Assembly (NCBI GenBank): GCA_035254305.1
Contig: DATFAS010000077.1
Coordinates: 1 to 24,000, forward strand
Origin: Bacillota bacterium
GTDB lineage: Bacteria > Bacillota > Bacilli > Aneurinibacillales > RAOX-1
Direction of reading: 5' to 3'
Length of the DNA stretch: 24,000 nt
The position numbers and the translations under genes are program-made. The first letter of the stretch is position 1; every line of letters begins with the position of its first letter. Under the pieces are notes generated by a model. It was not told where the DNA came from, made no database searches, and saw only the letters and a list, made by a program, of their open reading frames with translations. Positions 16,414 through 24,000 of this stretch are shown piece after piece.

Positions 16414-16448
16414 AACAGTAAAAGAGATCGGTAAATGAACCGATCTCT
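16414..16448 (-). terminator. Hairpin at the end of lutC
   Basis: 9-bp stem AGAGATCGG (16423-16431) / CCGATCTCT (16440-16448) overlapping the lutC stop codon. It is followed on the minus strand by TTTACTGTT, a modest U-tract. Confidence 0.45.
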
Positions 16449-17139
16449 AATCCTTCAAAAGAATCACGTAGACTTTTCCAGGGCCATGGACTCCTAGTGC
16501 TAAATCCATTTCAATATCACCTGTACGGCTTGGTCCTGTTATAAAGTTAATGCAAGAAGGTAATCCATCAGGTATCTTGGAGTGAACCTGTTGTACAGCT
16601 TGTGTTAATCTTGGTACAATGCTTTTTTCAGATAGTATACAAAGAAATGCAGGGGGTAGAAGACTAACTACTCTTCCTCTGCCACCTCCGTTGAAAAGAA
16701 CGACTGTCCCTGTCTCAGCCAACCCAATATCTCCCCATGCTATCCCTAGATCAACCTGTGCAGCTTCTCTTCTTAATTCCATAGGGGATCCAGTGGTATT
16801 CCATTCAACGGTTTTTATGCCCTTTTCTCGAAGATGATCGGCAAGCTTCAAATCATGAAAAACTTGGTCGTCCCAGAAAATTGTGCTCTTAACTCCAAAG
16901 CCTTGCAAAACAGATTCAAGAGTAGATGTTATTTCACTCCTGTAAATACGATCTACCGGTGTATTTAGAGCTTCTAGATTATCCATAAATTGCTGGATTA
17001 AATCTTCCTGTGTTTTCCCTTCATACAAATGAACATAAGGCTTTGCTTCCCAGTCAGGTGGCCTAACCCCAGATCTTCTCGGGCGTCCTAATCGATTCGC
17101 AATTTTATTTAAGAAGGCATCTTGTTTTTCCATGCTCAT
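16447..17139 (-). CDS. lutC: Lactate utilization protein C (LutC/YkgG family)
   Basis: 230 aa. It is last in a tight three-gene lutABC-type cluster, and its length and sequence are consistent with LUD-domain proteins. Confidence 0.88.
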   Translation of the reverse strand: MSMEKQDAFLNKIANRLGRPRRSGVRPPDWEAKPYVHLYEGKTQEDLIQQFMDNLEALNTPVDRIYRSEITSTLESVLQGFGVKSTIFWDDQVFHDLKLADHLREKGIKTVEWNTTGSPMELRREAAQVDLGIAWGDIGLAETGTVVLFNGGGRGRVVSLLPPAFLCILSEKSIVPRLTQAVQQVHSKIPDGLPSCINFITGPSRTGDIEMDLALGVHGPGKVYVILLKD

Positions 17140-17140
17140 G

Positions 17141-18553
17141 TTAACCCCGATCCTTTCCTTCCTTCTTCCACCAATCCCTAAATGATTGCTTTGCTGGTTG
17201 TGGTAAATCCCTTACATCCGTCCATCCCCCAAGCATTCCTGGTCCGCTTGTTATCACACCATCCTTAGCCATGACGCCCATTCCGGTATGAGCCATCTTC
17301 ACCGCAAGATCGTAAACCGTAGGATGGCTTGTGACATATCCAAATCCTTTAAAAGCAAGCTTCTCCGATGCAGGTGTGAAACCTTGTTCTACCTCATCCT
17401 TACGATGCTCAATCAATAATTCATGGAGGGGAATTTTCACTGGGCAAACCTCTGTACATGCTCCACATAAACTAGAAGCATAAGGAAGTTCCTTAAATTC
17501 CTCATACCCATCAAAGAGAGGGGATAACACAGCTCCAATCGGTCCACTATATACCCCACCGTAAGCATGACCACCAATATGACGATAAACCGGACAAACA
17601 TTCAAGCAAGCACCACAACGAATACATTTCAGTGCTTCTTGATAGGCTGTTCCAAGAATCTTCGATCGACCATTATCAATAATCACGATATGTACATCAT
17701 CAGGGCCATCTAAATCAGCTTCCTTGCGAGGTGAATTAATTCCTGTTACATACACACTAATCTTTTGACCGGTAGCACTTCGCGTTAACATGGAAACAAC
17801 CATATCTAATTCTTGCCAGCCTGGAACAATCCTCTCCATTCCCATCATAACGATATGGGTTTTCGGTAAAGTAGTTGTTAATCGTGCATTCCCCTCATTA
17901 CTAATGAGAACGACTGACCCAGATTCTGCTACTGCAAAATTACAACCTGAAATTCCAATGTCTGCATTTAAGAACTCTTCACGAAGCTTTTCTCTAGCGA
18001 ATGAACAGAGCTCTGTCGTTTCTTGGGAAAGCTGTCTGCCTGCCACCTCTGAGAATAATTCTGAAACTTCTTTTCTTGTTTTGTGAATAGCAGGTGCAAT
18101 GAGGTGAGAGGGTGTCTCGTCTGCTAACTGAATGATATATTCTCCTAAATCTGTTTCAACGACACGCACACCCATTTCTTCAAGATGTTTGTTTAAGTGC
18201 ATTTCTTCAGAAACCATAGACTTAGATTTTACAACCGTTTTGGCTCCCTTTTCCTTCGCAATTCCCGTTATAATTTGAACTGCCTCATCTGCTGTATCTG
18301 CAAAGTGGACATGTCCGCCTTTTTTTCGAACATTCGTGGCAAACTGCTCAATATAGCTATCTAAATTCTCAATCGTATGCATCCGAATAGCCGAAACATG
18401 ATCCCGCCATTCTTCGAAATTACCCACTAGCTCAGCAGCCGCTATCCTACCCGCACGAAACTTATCTTGAGCTAATGGAACCGCCTTTTTTAACACAGGA
18501 TCGGCTAGTGCCTTCTCTACTCTCTCGTGAAACGGTAATCGTTGTGTACTCAT
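17141..18553 (-). CDS. lutB: Lactate utilization iron-sulfur protein LutB
   Basis: 470 aa. It has two 4Fe-4S ferredoxin motifs, CIRCGACLNVCP and CGACTEVCP. It starts 2 nt after lutA ends. Confidence 0.92.
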   Translation of the reverse strand: MSTQRLPFHERVEKALADPVLKKAVPLAQDKFRAGRIAAAELVGNFEEWRDHVSAIRMHTIENLDSYIEQFATNVRKKGGHVHFADTADEAVQIITGIAKEKGAKTVVKSKSMVSEEMHLNKHLEEMGVRVVETDLGEYIIQLADETPSHLIAPAIHKTRKEVSELFSEVAGRQLSQETTELCSFAREKLREEFLNADIGISGCNFAVAESGSVVLISNEGNARLTTTLPKTHIVMMGMERIVPGWQELDMVVSMLTRSATGQKISVYVTGINSPRKEADLDGPDDVHIVIIDNGRSKILGTAYQEALKCIRCGACLNVCPVYRHIGGHAYGGVYSGPIGAVLSPLFDGYEEFKELPYASSLCGACTEVCPVKIPLHELLIEHRKDEVEQGFTPASEKLAFKGFGYVTSHPTVYDLAVKMAHTGMGVMAKDGVITSGPGMLGGWTDVRDLPQPAKQSFRDWWKKEGKDRG

Positions 18554-18555
18554 GA

Positions 18556-19284
18556 TTATTGCTTTCCTCCCTGCGCGAGAACTTCAGCAACGTGCATGAC
18601 CTTGATATCTTTTTGTGTTCGATTTAATCTTCCACCGATATTCATCAGACAGCCCATATCCGAACCAATCAGTATTTCTGCACCTGTTGACTCAATGTTG
18701 CGGATCTTCTCGTCAACCATTTTCTCCGAGATTTCACTCATCTTCGCTGCGAAAGTTCCACCGAATCCACAACAATCATTACAATAAGGAAGATCCACCA
18801 CCTCTAGCCCCTCTACTTGCCCGAGAAGCGCCTTTGGTTCTTCCTTTATTCCTAAACCGCGGGCCATATGACAGGATTGATGGTAGGTGGCTTTCCCCGG
18901 AAGCTTGAGGTCACTCATCTCTACCTTCAATATTTTAACTAAGAATTCAGAGAATTCATATGTTTTATCCACTAATTTTTGCGCCTTCTCTAGCCAAACC
19001 GGTTCTTCCTTAAATAGGCCTGGATAGTAGTGGCGAATCATGGAGGCACAAGAACCTGAAGGGGTTACAACGATCTCACTCTTCTCGAAGGCTTTAATCA
19101 GCTGCCTGGCTGCTTCTTTGGCATCCTTCTGGTATCCACTGTTAAATGCTGGTTGACCACAGCATGTTTGTTCAGCAGGGAAATCTACTTCTACTCCATT
19201 TCTCTTTAAAACTTCCACCACGCTTATTCCCACATTCGGATAAAATACGTCGGCCAAACAGGTTATAAAGAGTGAAACCTTCAT
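18556..19284 (-). CDS. lutA: Lactate utilization protein A, (Fe-S)-binding oxidoreductase with CCG domains
   Basis: 242 aa. MKVSLFITCLADVFYPNVG...EQTCCGQP...CCGFGG are the cysteine-rich CCG motifs of LutA/GlcF-like proteins. The RBS is GGGAGGAAA. Confidence 0.92.
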   Translation of the reverse strand: MKVSLFITCLADVFYPNVGISVVEVLKRNGVEVDFPAEQTCCGQPAFNSGYQKDAKEAARQLIKAFEKSEIVVTPSGSCASMIRHYYPGLFKEEPVWLEKAQKLVDKTYEFSEFLVKILKVEMSDLKLPGKATYHQSCHMARGLGIKEEPKALLGQVEGLEVVDLPYCNDCCGFGGTFAAKMSEISEKMVDEKIRNIESTGAEILIGSDMGCLMNIGGRLNRTQKDIKVMHVAEVLAQGGKQ

Positions 19285-19327
19285 TGTATTTCCTCCCTTT
19301 CTATTTACTACGAAACTATGAAAATCA

Positions 19328-19370
19328 GGTTATCGGATGACCTATCAATAAAATTTATTGAATTATAACA
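19328..19370 (-). promoter_or_regulatory. Candidate lutA promoter (extended -10) plus a palindromic operator
   Basis: The minus strand has TGTTATAAT (19370-19362), an extended -10. About 20 nt downstream is the 15-bp imperfect palindrome GGTTATC-G-GATGACC (19328-19342). This is the kind of site bound by GntR/FadR-type repressors such as LutR. Confidence 0.4.
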
Positions 19371-19380
19371 TATTTTATAG

Positions 19381-19410
19381 AAAAAAAAGGCTATTTCATT
19401 ACAAAATAGC
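19381..19410 (-). terminator. Rho-independent terminator after the 121-aa gene
   Basis: Stem GCTATTT (19390-19396) / AAATAGC (19404-19410), followed on the minus strand by TTTTTTTT (A-run 19381-19388). Confidence 0.6.
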
Positions 19411-19429
19411 GTGAAAAGATAAACTAGTC

Positions 19430-19795
19430 TTATGCAAGTACGATCCGAACGACTGATTTAACATTCAGACAATCACTTTCATACCCCGGGACATAAAGTC
19501 TTACAGGATATCCTTTTTTTAATGGCTCTCCTTTTTGTTTATACAAAAGGAACGCTGAGTGAAGTTCAGCCATTGGAATCCTTTGTTCAAAACCATCATT
19601 AGCAATAAAGCTAGCAAATTCATAGTGACAATCAATAGATAATTCCTGAAAAACCCTGGTAAGATAAACAGCCTCTCCACCTTTAAGTACATAATCTTCA
19701 ACAGGAACCGTTTCATCCGTCCATTTCTCTAGATCACTCCATTTGATCGGATAAATTTGATCCGGAGTGATGAGTTCAAGCTTCCAATTCTGCAC
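19430..19795 (-). CDS. Small protein resembling an oxidoreductase molybdopterin-binding domain (sulfite-oxidase/MsrP-like fold fragment)
   Basis: 121 aa. The C-terminal KKGYPVRLYVPGYESDCLNVKSVVRIVL resembles the G-x-P-x-R-L-x-V-P...VK-x-V-x-x-I motif of Moco-binding domains. It lies immediately downstream of moaC-moaB. Confidence 0.5.
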   Translation of the reverse strand: MQNWKLELITPDQIYPIKWSDLEKWTDETVPVEDYVLKGGEAVYLTRVFQELSIDCHYEFASFIANDGFEQRIPMAELHSAFLLYKQKGEPLKKGYPVRLYVPGYESDCLNVKSVVRIVLA

Positions 19796-19806
19796 ATATA
19801 CTCCCC

Positions 19807-20304
19807 CTAAACGGTATCATTATGTTCTATATTATTCTGCAATAATTGCAAAGCATGGGGTAGAACATCCACAATCGCTTCGAAGCATTCCCGTACAGCC
19901 TTCGGGCTCCCTGGTAAATTAATAATCAATGTATTTCCACGAATTCCCGCAGTCGCCCTAGAAAGAATTGCATATTTTGTTTTAACCAAAGAGGCAGCTC
20001 TCATTTTTTCTGGTATTCCAGGTACCTCTTTTTGAATGACAGCTTTTGTGGCTTCGGGTGTAATATCTCTTGCAGCAAATCCGGTTCCACCTGTTGTTAA
20101 GATCAGCTGGCACTGATCTTGATCCGATAATTGAATCAAATAATTTTCAATAATGGTTTGTTCATCAGGGATCACATGGTATTGAATGACTTCCCCTTTT
20201 ATCTCTTCAACAAGAGACTTTAATAATTCACCACTTAGATCAACACGTTCCCCCTTGCTTCCTTTATCACTCGCTGTTAAAACTCCAACCTTCCACTTAG
20301 ACAT
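19807..20304 (-). CDS. moaB: Molybdenum cofactor biosynthesis protein, MoaB/MogA family
   Basis: 165 aa. It has the LILTTGGTGFAARDITPEAT and NLPGSPKAV motifs of the MoaB/Mog fold. Confidence 0.85.
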   Translation of the reverse strand: MSKWKVGVLTASDKGSKGERVDLSGELLKSLVEEIKGEVIQYHVIPDEQTIIENYLIQLSDQDQCQLILTTGGTGFAARDITPEATKAVIQKEVPGIPEKMRAASLVKTKYAILSRATAGIRGNTLIINLPGSPKAVRECFEAIVDVLPHALQLLQNNIEHNDTV

Positions 20305-20316
20305 GATTACACCCTC

Positions 20317-20817
20317 CTATTCCACATATCCTTCTCGAACGAAATCTCCACTCTTGCCACCGGACTTTCTTAACAAATACGTAGGACCAATAACCATTCC
20401 TTTATCCATTGCCTTGCACATATCATAAATCGTCAACGCAGCAACACTTGCGGCTGTTAATGCTTCCATCTCCACTCCAGTACTGCCTGTGGTCTTGGCT
20501 CTTGCCTTAATCTCAATTTTTTGCTCTGACAAAAAAGAAAACTCAATATCCACACCTGTTAATGGAATAGGATGGCACATAGGAATGATTTCGGATGTCT
20601 TTTTCGCAGCCATAATTCCAGCCACCTGTGAAACAGCAAGTACATCTCCTTTACCTATTCGCCCTTCCTTAATCCTTGCCATTGTTTCAATTTCCATCTC
20701 TACATAACTCATAGCAATGGCTTCTCTTTTGGTTGTTTGTTTATCGGATATATCGACCATCTTAGCTCGACTTTGTTCATTAAAATGGGTTAATTTATCG
20801 CTCATTGTTACCACCAT
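20317..20817 (-). CDS. moaC: Cyclic pyranopterin monophosphate synthase MoaC
   Basis: [18 protein letters not shown]...[16 protein letters not shown]...[24 protein letters not shown] is the classic MoaC sequence. The start could be ATG 20817 or ATG 20805. Confidence 0.9.
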   Translation of the reverse strand: MVVTMSDKLTHFNEQSRAKMVDISDKQTTKREAIAMSYVEMEIETMARIKEGRIGKGDVLAVSQVAGIMAAKKTSEIIPMCHPIPLTGVDIEFSFLSEQKIEIKARAKTTGSTGVEMEALTAASVAALTIYDMCKAMDKGMVIGPTYLLRKSGGKSGDFVREGYVE

Positions 20818-20891
20818 TCTGCCCTCAAATTTATCTTGATTTTATTATAACAAAATTGTCTATCATATTTTTAACTAAAAAGAAAAGCTCC

Positions 20892-21914
20892 TCATTTCTT
20901 AATCCCTTTCTCTTGATAATACTTGACAGCACCAGAATGAAGCTCTAGGCTGACTCCCTCAAGAGCTGTTTCAAGTTTAATCTGTTCAGCTTGCTTTTGT
21001 ATCTTCTTCATTTGGTCTAGATTTTCAAATAGTGTTTTTGTTAAATGATAGACCATCGCCTCATCTAATTCAGACCGGGCAACTAGCTGGGTCTTAACAG
21101 CAACTGTCTGAACCTCTTGGTCAAATCCAGGATATGTACCCTTAAGGATCGGCTGCTCCACATAGTATGGATACTTTTGGATTAACTGCTTCATATGCTC
21201 AGCATCAAGCCCAATGATGCGAATTCCTTTCGTTATCGCAAGCTCATTAACAGCAGCAATGGGAGCTGGCGCTGTAATGAAAGCTGCATCGATACTTCCA
21301 TCCTGTAAATGGCTAGACGCTTCTCCAAAATCAAGATATTCTGTCTTACCTAAATCACTAAATTTTATACCGTATATTTCAAGTAGCTGCTCAGCATTTG
21401 CCTCGATTCCACTATTAAATGCACCAATAGCTACACGTTTTCCCTTTAGATCCTGTATCGTTCGAATGGTACTATTCTTAGCAACTACAATCTGAATCGT
21501 TTCATTATACAGTGAAGCTATCACTTTCAAATTTTTGATAGCACCACTTTCTTTAAACATGTTGACCCCTTTCGAGGCATAATCAGCGATATCCCCTTTG
21601 GTTAGAGCCAAGTCAACTTGTCTCTTCTTAATTACACGCATGTTCTCGATAGAATTACTTGTACTCTGGACAGAGGCGTTAACCTGAGCTTTTTCCGTAA
21701 AGATTTTGGCTATTCCTGCACCAAGTGAATAGTAAGTTCCAGATGTCCCTCCTGTTGCAATGATGATTGAATCAGGCGTTCCATATTGCTGTTGATCTGT
21801 TGGCTTGTTGGCTTGATGGTTCAATCCCTGATCTGTTCCTCTACCACAACCTAATACAAATAAACTAAGACCAAGAGTTAATACTAACATCGAAAGAAGC
21901 CCTTTCTTTCTCAA
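20892..21914 (-). CDS. TAXI-family TRAP transporter solute-binding lipoprotein
   Basis: 340 aa. It has the lipobox LGLSLFVLGCG, then ATGGTSGTYYSLGAGIAKI, typical of the TAXI (TRAP-associated extracytoplasmic immunogenic) family. It has a TTG start after AAAGGGGGA. Confidence 0.85.
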   Translation of the reverse strand: MRKKGLLSMLVLTLGLSLFVLGCGRGTDQGLNHQANKPTDQQQYGTPDSIIIATGGTSGTYYSLGAGIAKIFTEKAQVNASVQSTSNSIENMRVIKKRQVDLALTKGDIADYASKGVNMFKESGAIKNLKVIASLYNETIQIVVAKNSTIRTIQDLKGKRVAIGAFNSGIEANAEQLLEIYGIKFSDLGKTEYLDFGEASSHLQDGSIDAAFITAPAPIAAVNELAITKGIRIIGLDAEHMKQLIQKYPYYVEQPILKGTYPGFDQEVQTVAVKTQLVARSELDEAMVYHLTKTLFENLDQMKKIQKQAEQIKLETALEGVSLELHSGAVKYYQEKGIKK

Positions 21915-22002
21915 GTTTTATAGATCCCCCTTTGGTTAGCTAATATTCAATCAAAACTTATTACCATTCTGTAACATTATTCTTTAAGAAGGTGAAATAA
22001 TC

Positions 22003-22458
22003 ATGCGACTCATTTTAATCCTTATTCTAATTATTTTTCATTCATTCACTTCCTTTGCTTCTGCAGAGGAGGAGGAGGTATATCTATTAATTGATAAATC
22101 AAGTAACCAATTGATTGTTATACTGAATGATCAACCTATTTTCCATTTTCCCATCGCAACAGGGAAAGCTGTTCATCTTACCCCAATAGGAAGCTTCCAA
22201 ATAACACGTAAAGTAAAAAACCCCTGGTACATTCCAAAGAATATACCAGGGGGAGATTCACGAAACCCAGTAGGGACCCGTTGGCTTGGCTTGAATGTTC
22301 CTCATACAGACGGCTATAAATACGGTATACATGGTACCAATGATCCTAGTTCTATCGGTAAACATGTGAGTCAAGGCTGCATTCGAATGAAAAATGAAGA
22401 TATTGAATGGCTCTATCAACATATCCCATTAAGCACGAGGGTAGTCATTCAACCTTAA
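22003..22458 (+). CDS. L,D-transpeptidase (YkuD/ErfK domain), secreted
   Basis: 151 aa. It has a signal peptide and the catalytic motif HGTNDPSSIGKHVSQGCIRM (His...Cys). Confidence 0.85.
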   Translation: MRLILILILIIFHSFTSFASAEEEEVYLLIDKSSNQLIVILNDQPIFHFPIATGKAVHLTPIGSFQITRKVKNPWYIPKNIPGGDSRNPVGTRWLGLNVPHTDGYKYGIHGTNDPSSIGKHVSQGCIRMKNEDIEWLYQHIPLSTRVVIQP

Positions 22459-24000
22459 CCAAAAAGATTCCGATACTCATCCATTTTTAGTAATACCTCT
22501 CTTGGTTTACTTCCAGATTGAGCTGATATAAACCCTTCTGCTTCCATCATGTCAACCAAACGGGCTGCACGGTTATATCCAATCCGAAAGCGACGCTGTA
22601 GAGATGACGAAGAAGCTTGTCCCTGTTCCACTACAAAAAGTAAAGCTTCTTCAAATAATTCATCGTCATTTTCCATAGGATTCGATGTGGCTTTAGAAAG
22701 TTCCTCTTTATCAAATAGATAGACCGTTTTTTGTTGAGCCTTTATATGATCGACAACTAACTCAATCTCATCATCAGATACAAAATTACCCTGAAGACGA
22801 GTAGGCTTTGCTTCACCAACAGGATAGTAAAGCATATCCCCTTTTCCAAGTAATCTCTCAGCTCCTGACATGTCGAGAATCGTTCGTGAATCCACTTGTG
22901 ATGATACCGCAAAAGCAATGCGAGTAGGAATATTAGCTTTAATTAAACCGGTTATAACATCAACGGATGGTCGCTGGGTTGCTAATAATAAGTGAATACC
23001 ACAAGCACGTGCCTTTTGTGCAATTCGACAAATCGACTCTTCTACATCATGGGGGGATACCATCATAAGGTCTGCTAGTTCATCAATAATGATAACAATA
23101 TAAGGAAGCTTTTCTTTTCCTTCACGTTGGACTATCAAATTATAACGTTCAATATCTCTAGCACCTGTATCCGCAAATTTCTCATACCGCCCGTCCATCT
23201 CTTCAACAGCCCACTTCAGTGCTGCTGTTGCTTGTTTGGGGTCTGTAACAACAGGTGTTAGAAGGTGTGGAATATGATTATATGGAGCTAATTCAACCAC
23301 CTTCGGATCAATAAGAATCAATCGAACATCTTCAGGCTTCGCTTTATATAAAAGACTGATAATAATGGAATTTACACAGACACTTTTTCCTGAACCAGTA
23401 GAACCCGCAATAAGTCCATGAGGCATTTTCTTTAAATCCCCAATAACTGGGTTCCCAGAAATATCTCTACCTAATGCTATGGCAAGAGGGGATTTGTTTT
23501 GAATAAACTCTTCTGATTGAAGAATTGATCGGATAAAAACTGGTAAACTTACCTCGTTAGGTACCTCAACTCCAATAGCAGATCTTCCCGGGATCGGCGC
23601 TTCCATTCGTATATCCTTTGCTGCCAATGCTAACTTAATGTCATCAATTAGGTTAGTAAATTTATTAACCTTAACACCTGGTGCAGGTTGTAATTCATAT
23701 CGAGTAACAGTTGGACCCTTTACCACACCAATTACATCCGCTTTTACACTGAAATTCTCTAATGTCACGATAAGCTTCTCAATTTGCTGATCCGTATAAT
23801 GATCATCCACATAGGATAGCCTAGGCTCCTCCTGAAGATAACCTAAGTCAGGAAAGATATAATTACCAGTAGCTATAGAGCTAGCTGTGGTGTACCCTTC
23901 CGATTTCCTCGGTGAAATAGGGGAGAATTGTTCTTGCTTAACCCCTACATCCAAACCTGAAGCTGGCTGTTCGTAAATTTTATGTTGGTTCGTGGTTTCA
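22455..24000 (-). CDS. FtsK/SpoIIIE-family DNA translocase; partial, N-terminus lies beyond the window end
   Basis: Walker A is LIAGSTGSGKSVCVN and Walker B is IVIIIDELADLMM. The C-terminal winged-helix gamma domain is ASSSSLQRRFRIGYNRAARLVDMME. The reading frame is open upstream of the track's TTG 23954 all the way to position 24000. Confidence 0.9.
   Translation of the reverse strand, partial: ETTNQHKIYEQPASGLDVGVKQEQFSPISPRKSEGYTTASSIATGNYIFPDLGYLQEEPRLSYVDDHYTDQQIEKLIVTLENFSVKADVIGVVKGPTVTRYELQPAPGVKVNKFTNLIDDIKLALAAKDIRMEAPIPGRSAIGVEVPNEVSLPVFIRSILQSEEFIQNKSPLAIALGRDISGNPVIGDLKKMPHGLIAGSTGSGKSVCVNSIIISLLYKAKPEDVRLILIDPKVVELAPYNHIPHLLTPVVTDPKQATAALKWAVEEMDGRYEKFADTGARDIERYNLIVQREGKEKLPYIVIIIDELADLMMVSPHDVEESICRIAQKARACGIHLLLATQRPSVDVITGLIKANIPTRIAFAVSSQVDSRTILDMSGAERLLGKGDMLYYPVGEAKPTRLQGNFVSDDEIELVVDHIKAQQKTVYLFDKEELSKATSNPMENDDELFEEALLFVVEQGQASSSSLQRRFRIGYNRAARLVDMMEAEGFISAQSGSKPREVLLKMDEYRNLFG

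Noticed and set aside
1-24000. A search for CRISPR arrays, tRNA or rRNA genes, IS-type terminal inverted repeats and long tandem repeats.
   Set aside because: Reading both strands by eye, I saw no regularly spaced direct repeats, cloverleaf-compatible segments or transposase ORFs. The absence is by inspection only, and a tRNAscan/Infernal run would be needed to confirm it.

Overview
This is a low-GC, densely coding chromosomal segment of Firmicute (Bacillaceae-like) type. The flanks hold ordinary genes. On the left are a family-5 peptide/nickel ABC binding protein, a small zinc-ribbon protein and an M29 AmpS-type aminopeptidase. On the right are an HxlR regulator, a NUDIX hydrolase, lutABC, moaC-moaB, a TAXI binding protein, an L,D-transpeptidase and an FtsK/SpoIIIE translocase. 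The main result is a split gene. A PDZ-less HtrA/S1C-type serine protease gene is cut into two colinear, same-strand pieces, 3345..3821 and 15025..15261, by an insert of about 11.2 kb. The N-terminal piece holds the catalytic His and Asp, and the C-terminal piece holds the catalytic Ser. Both junctions share an ACGA core and show imperfect dyad symmetry. An intact large serine recombinase (13387..14988) ends 36 nt from the right junction. A previously uncalled, basic 51-aa ORF (13097..13252) is transcribed divergently from it and is a candidate directionality factor. The insert has no phage or conjugation genes. Its cargo is a self-contained mannitol PTS module (mtlR, mtlA, mtlF, mtlD, plus its own ptsI and an HPr gene in reversed order) and a SAM-I (S-box) riboswitch-controlled hom. 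Joining the two protease halves in silico restores the conserved TVT-K-GIISA motif in frame. The architecture therefore resembles skin/SPbeta-type intervening elements, but the target gene and the all-metabolic cargo are ones I do not recognise as described. Whether excision is developmentally regulated cannot be decided from sequence alone.
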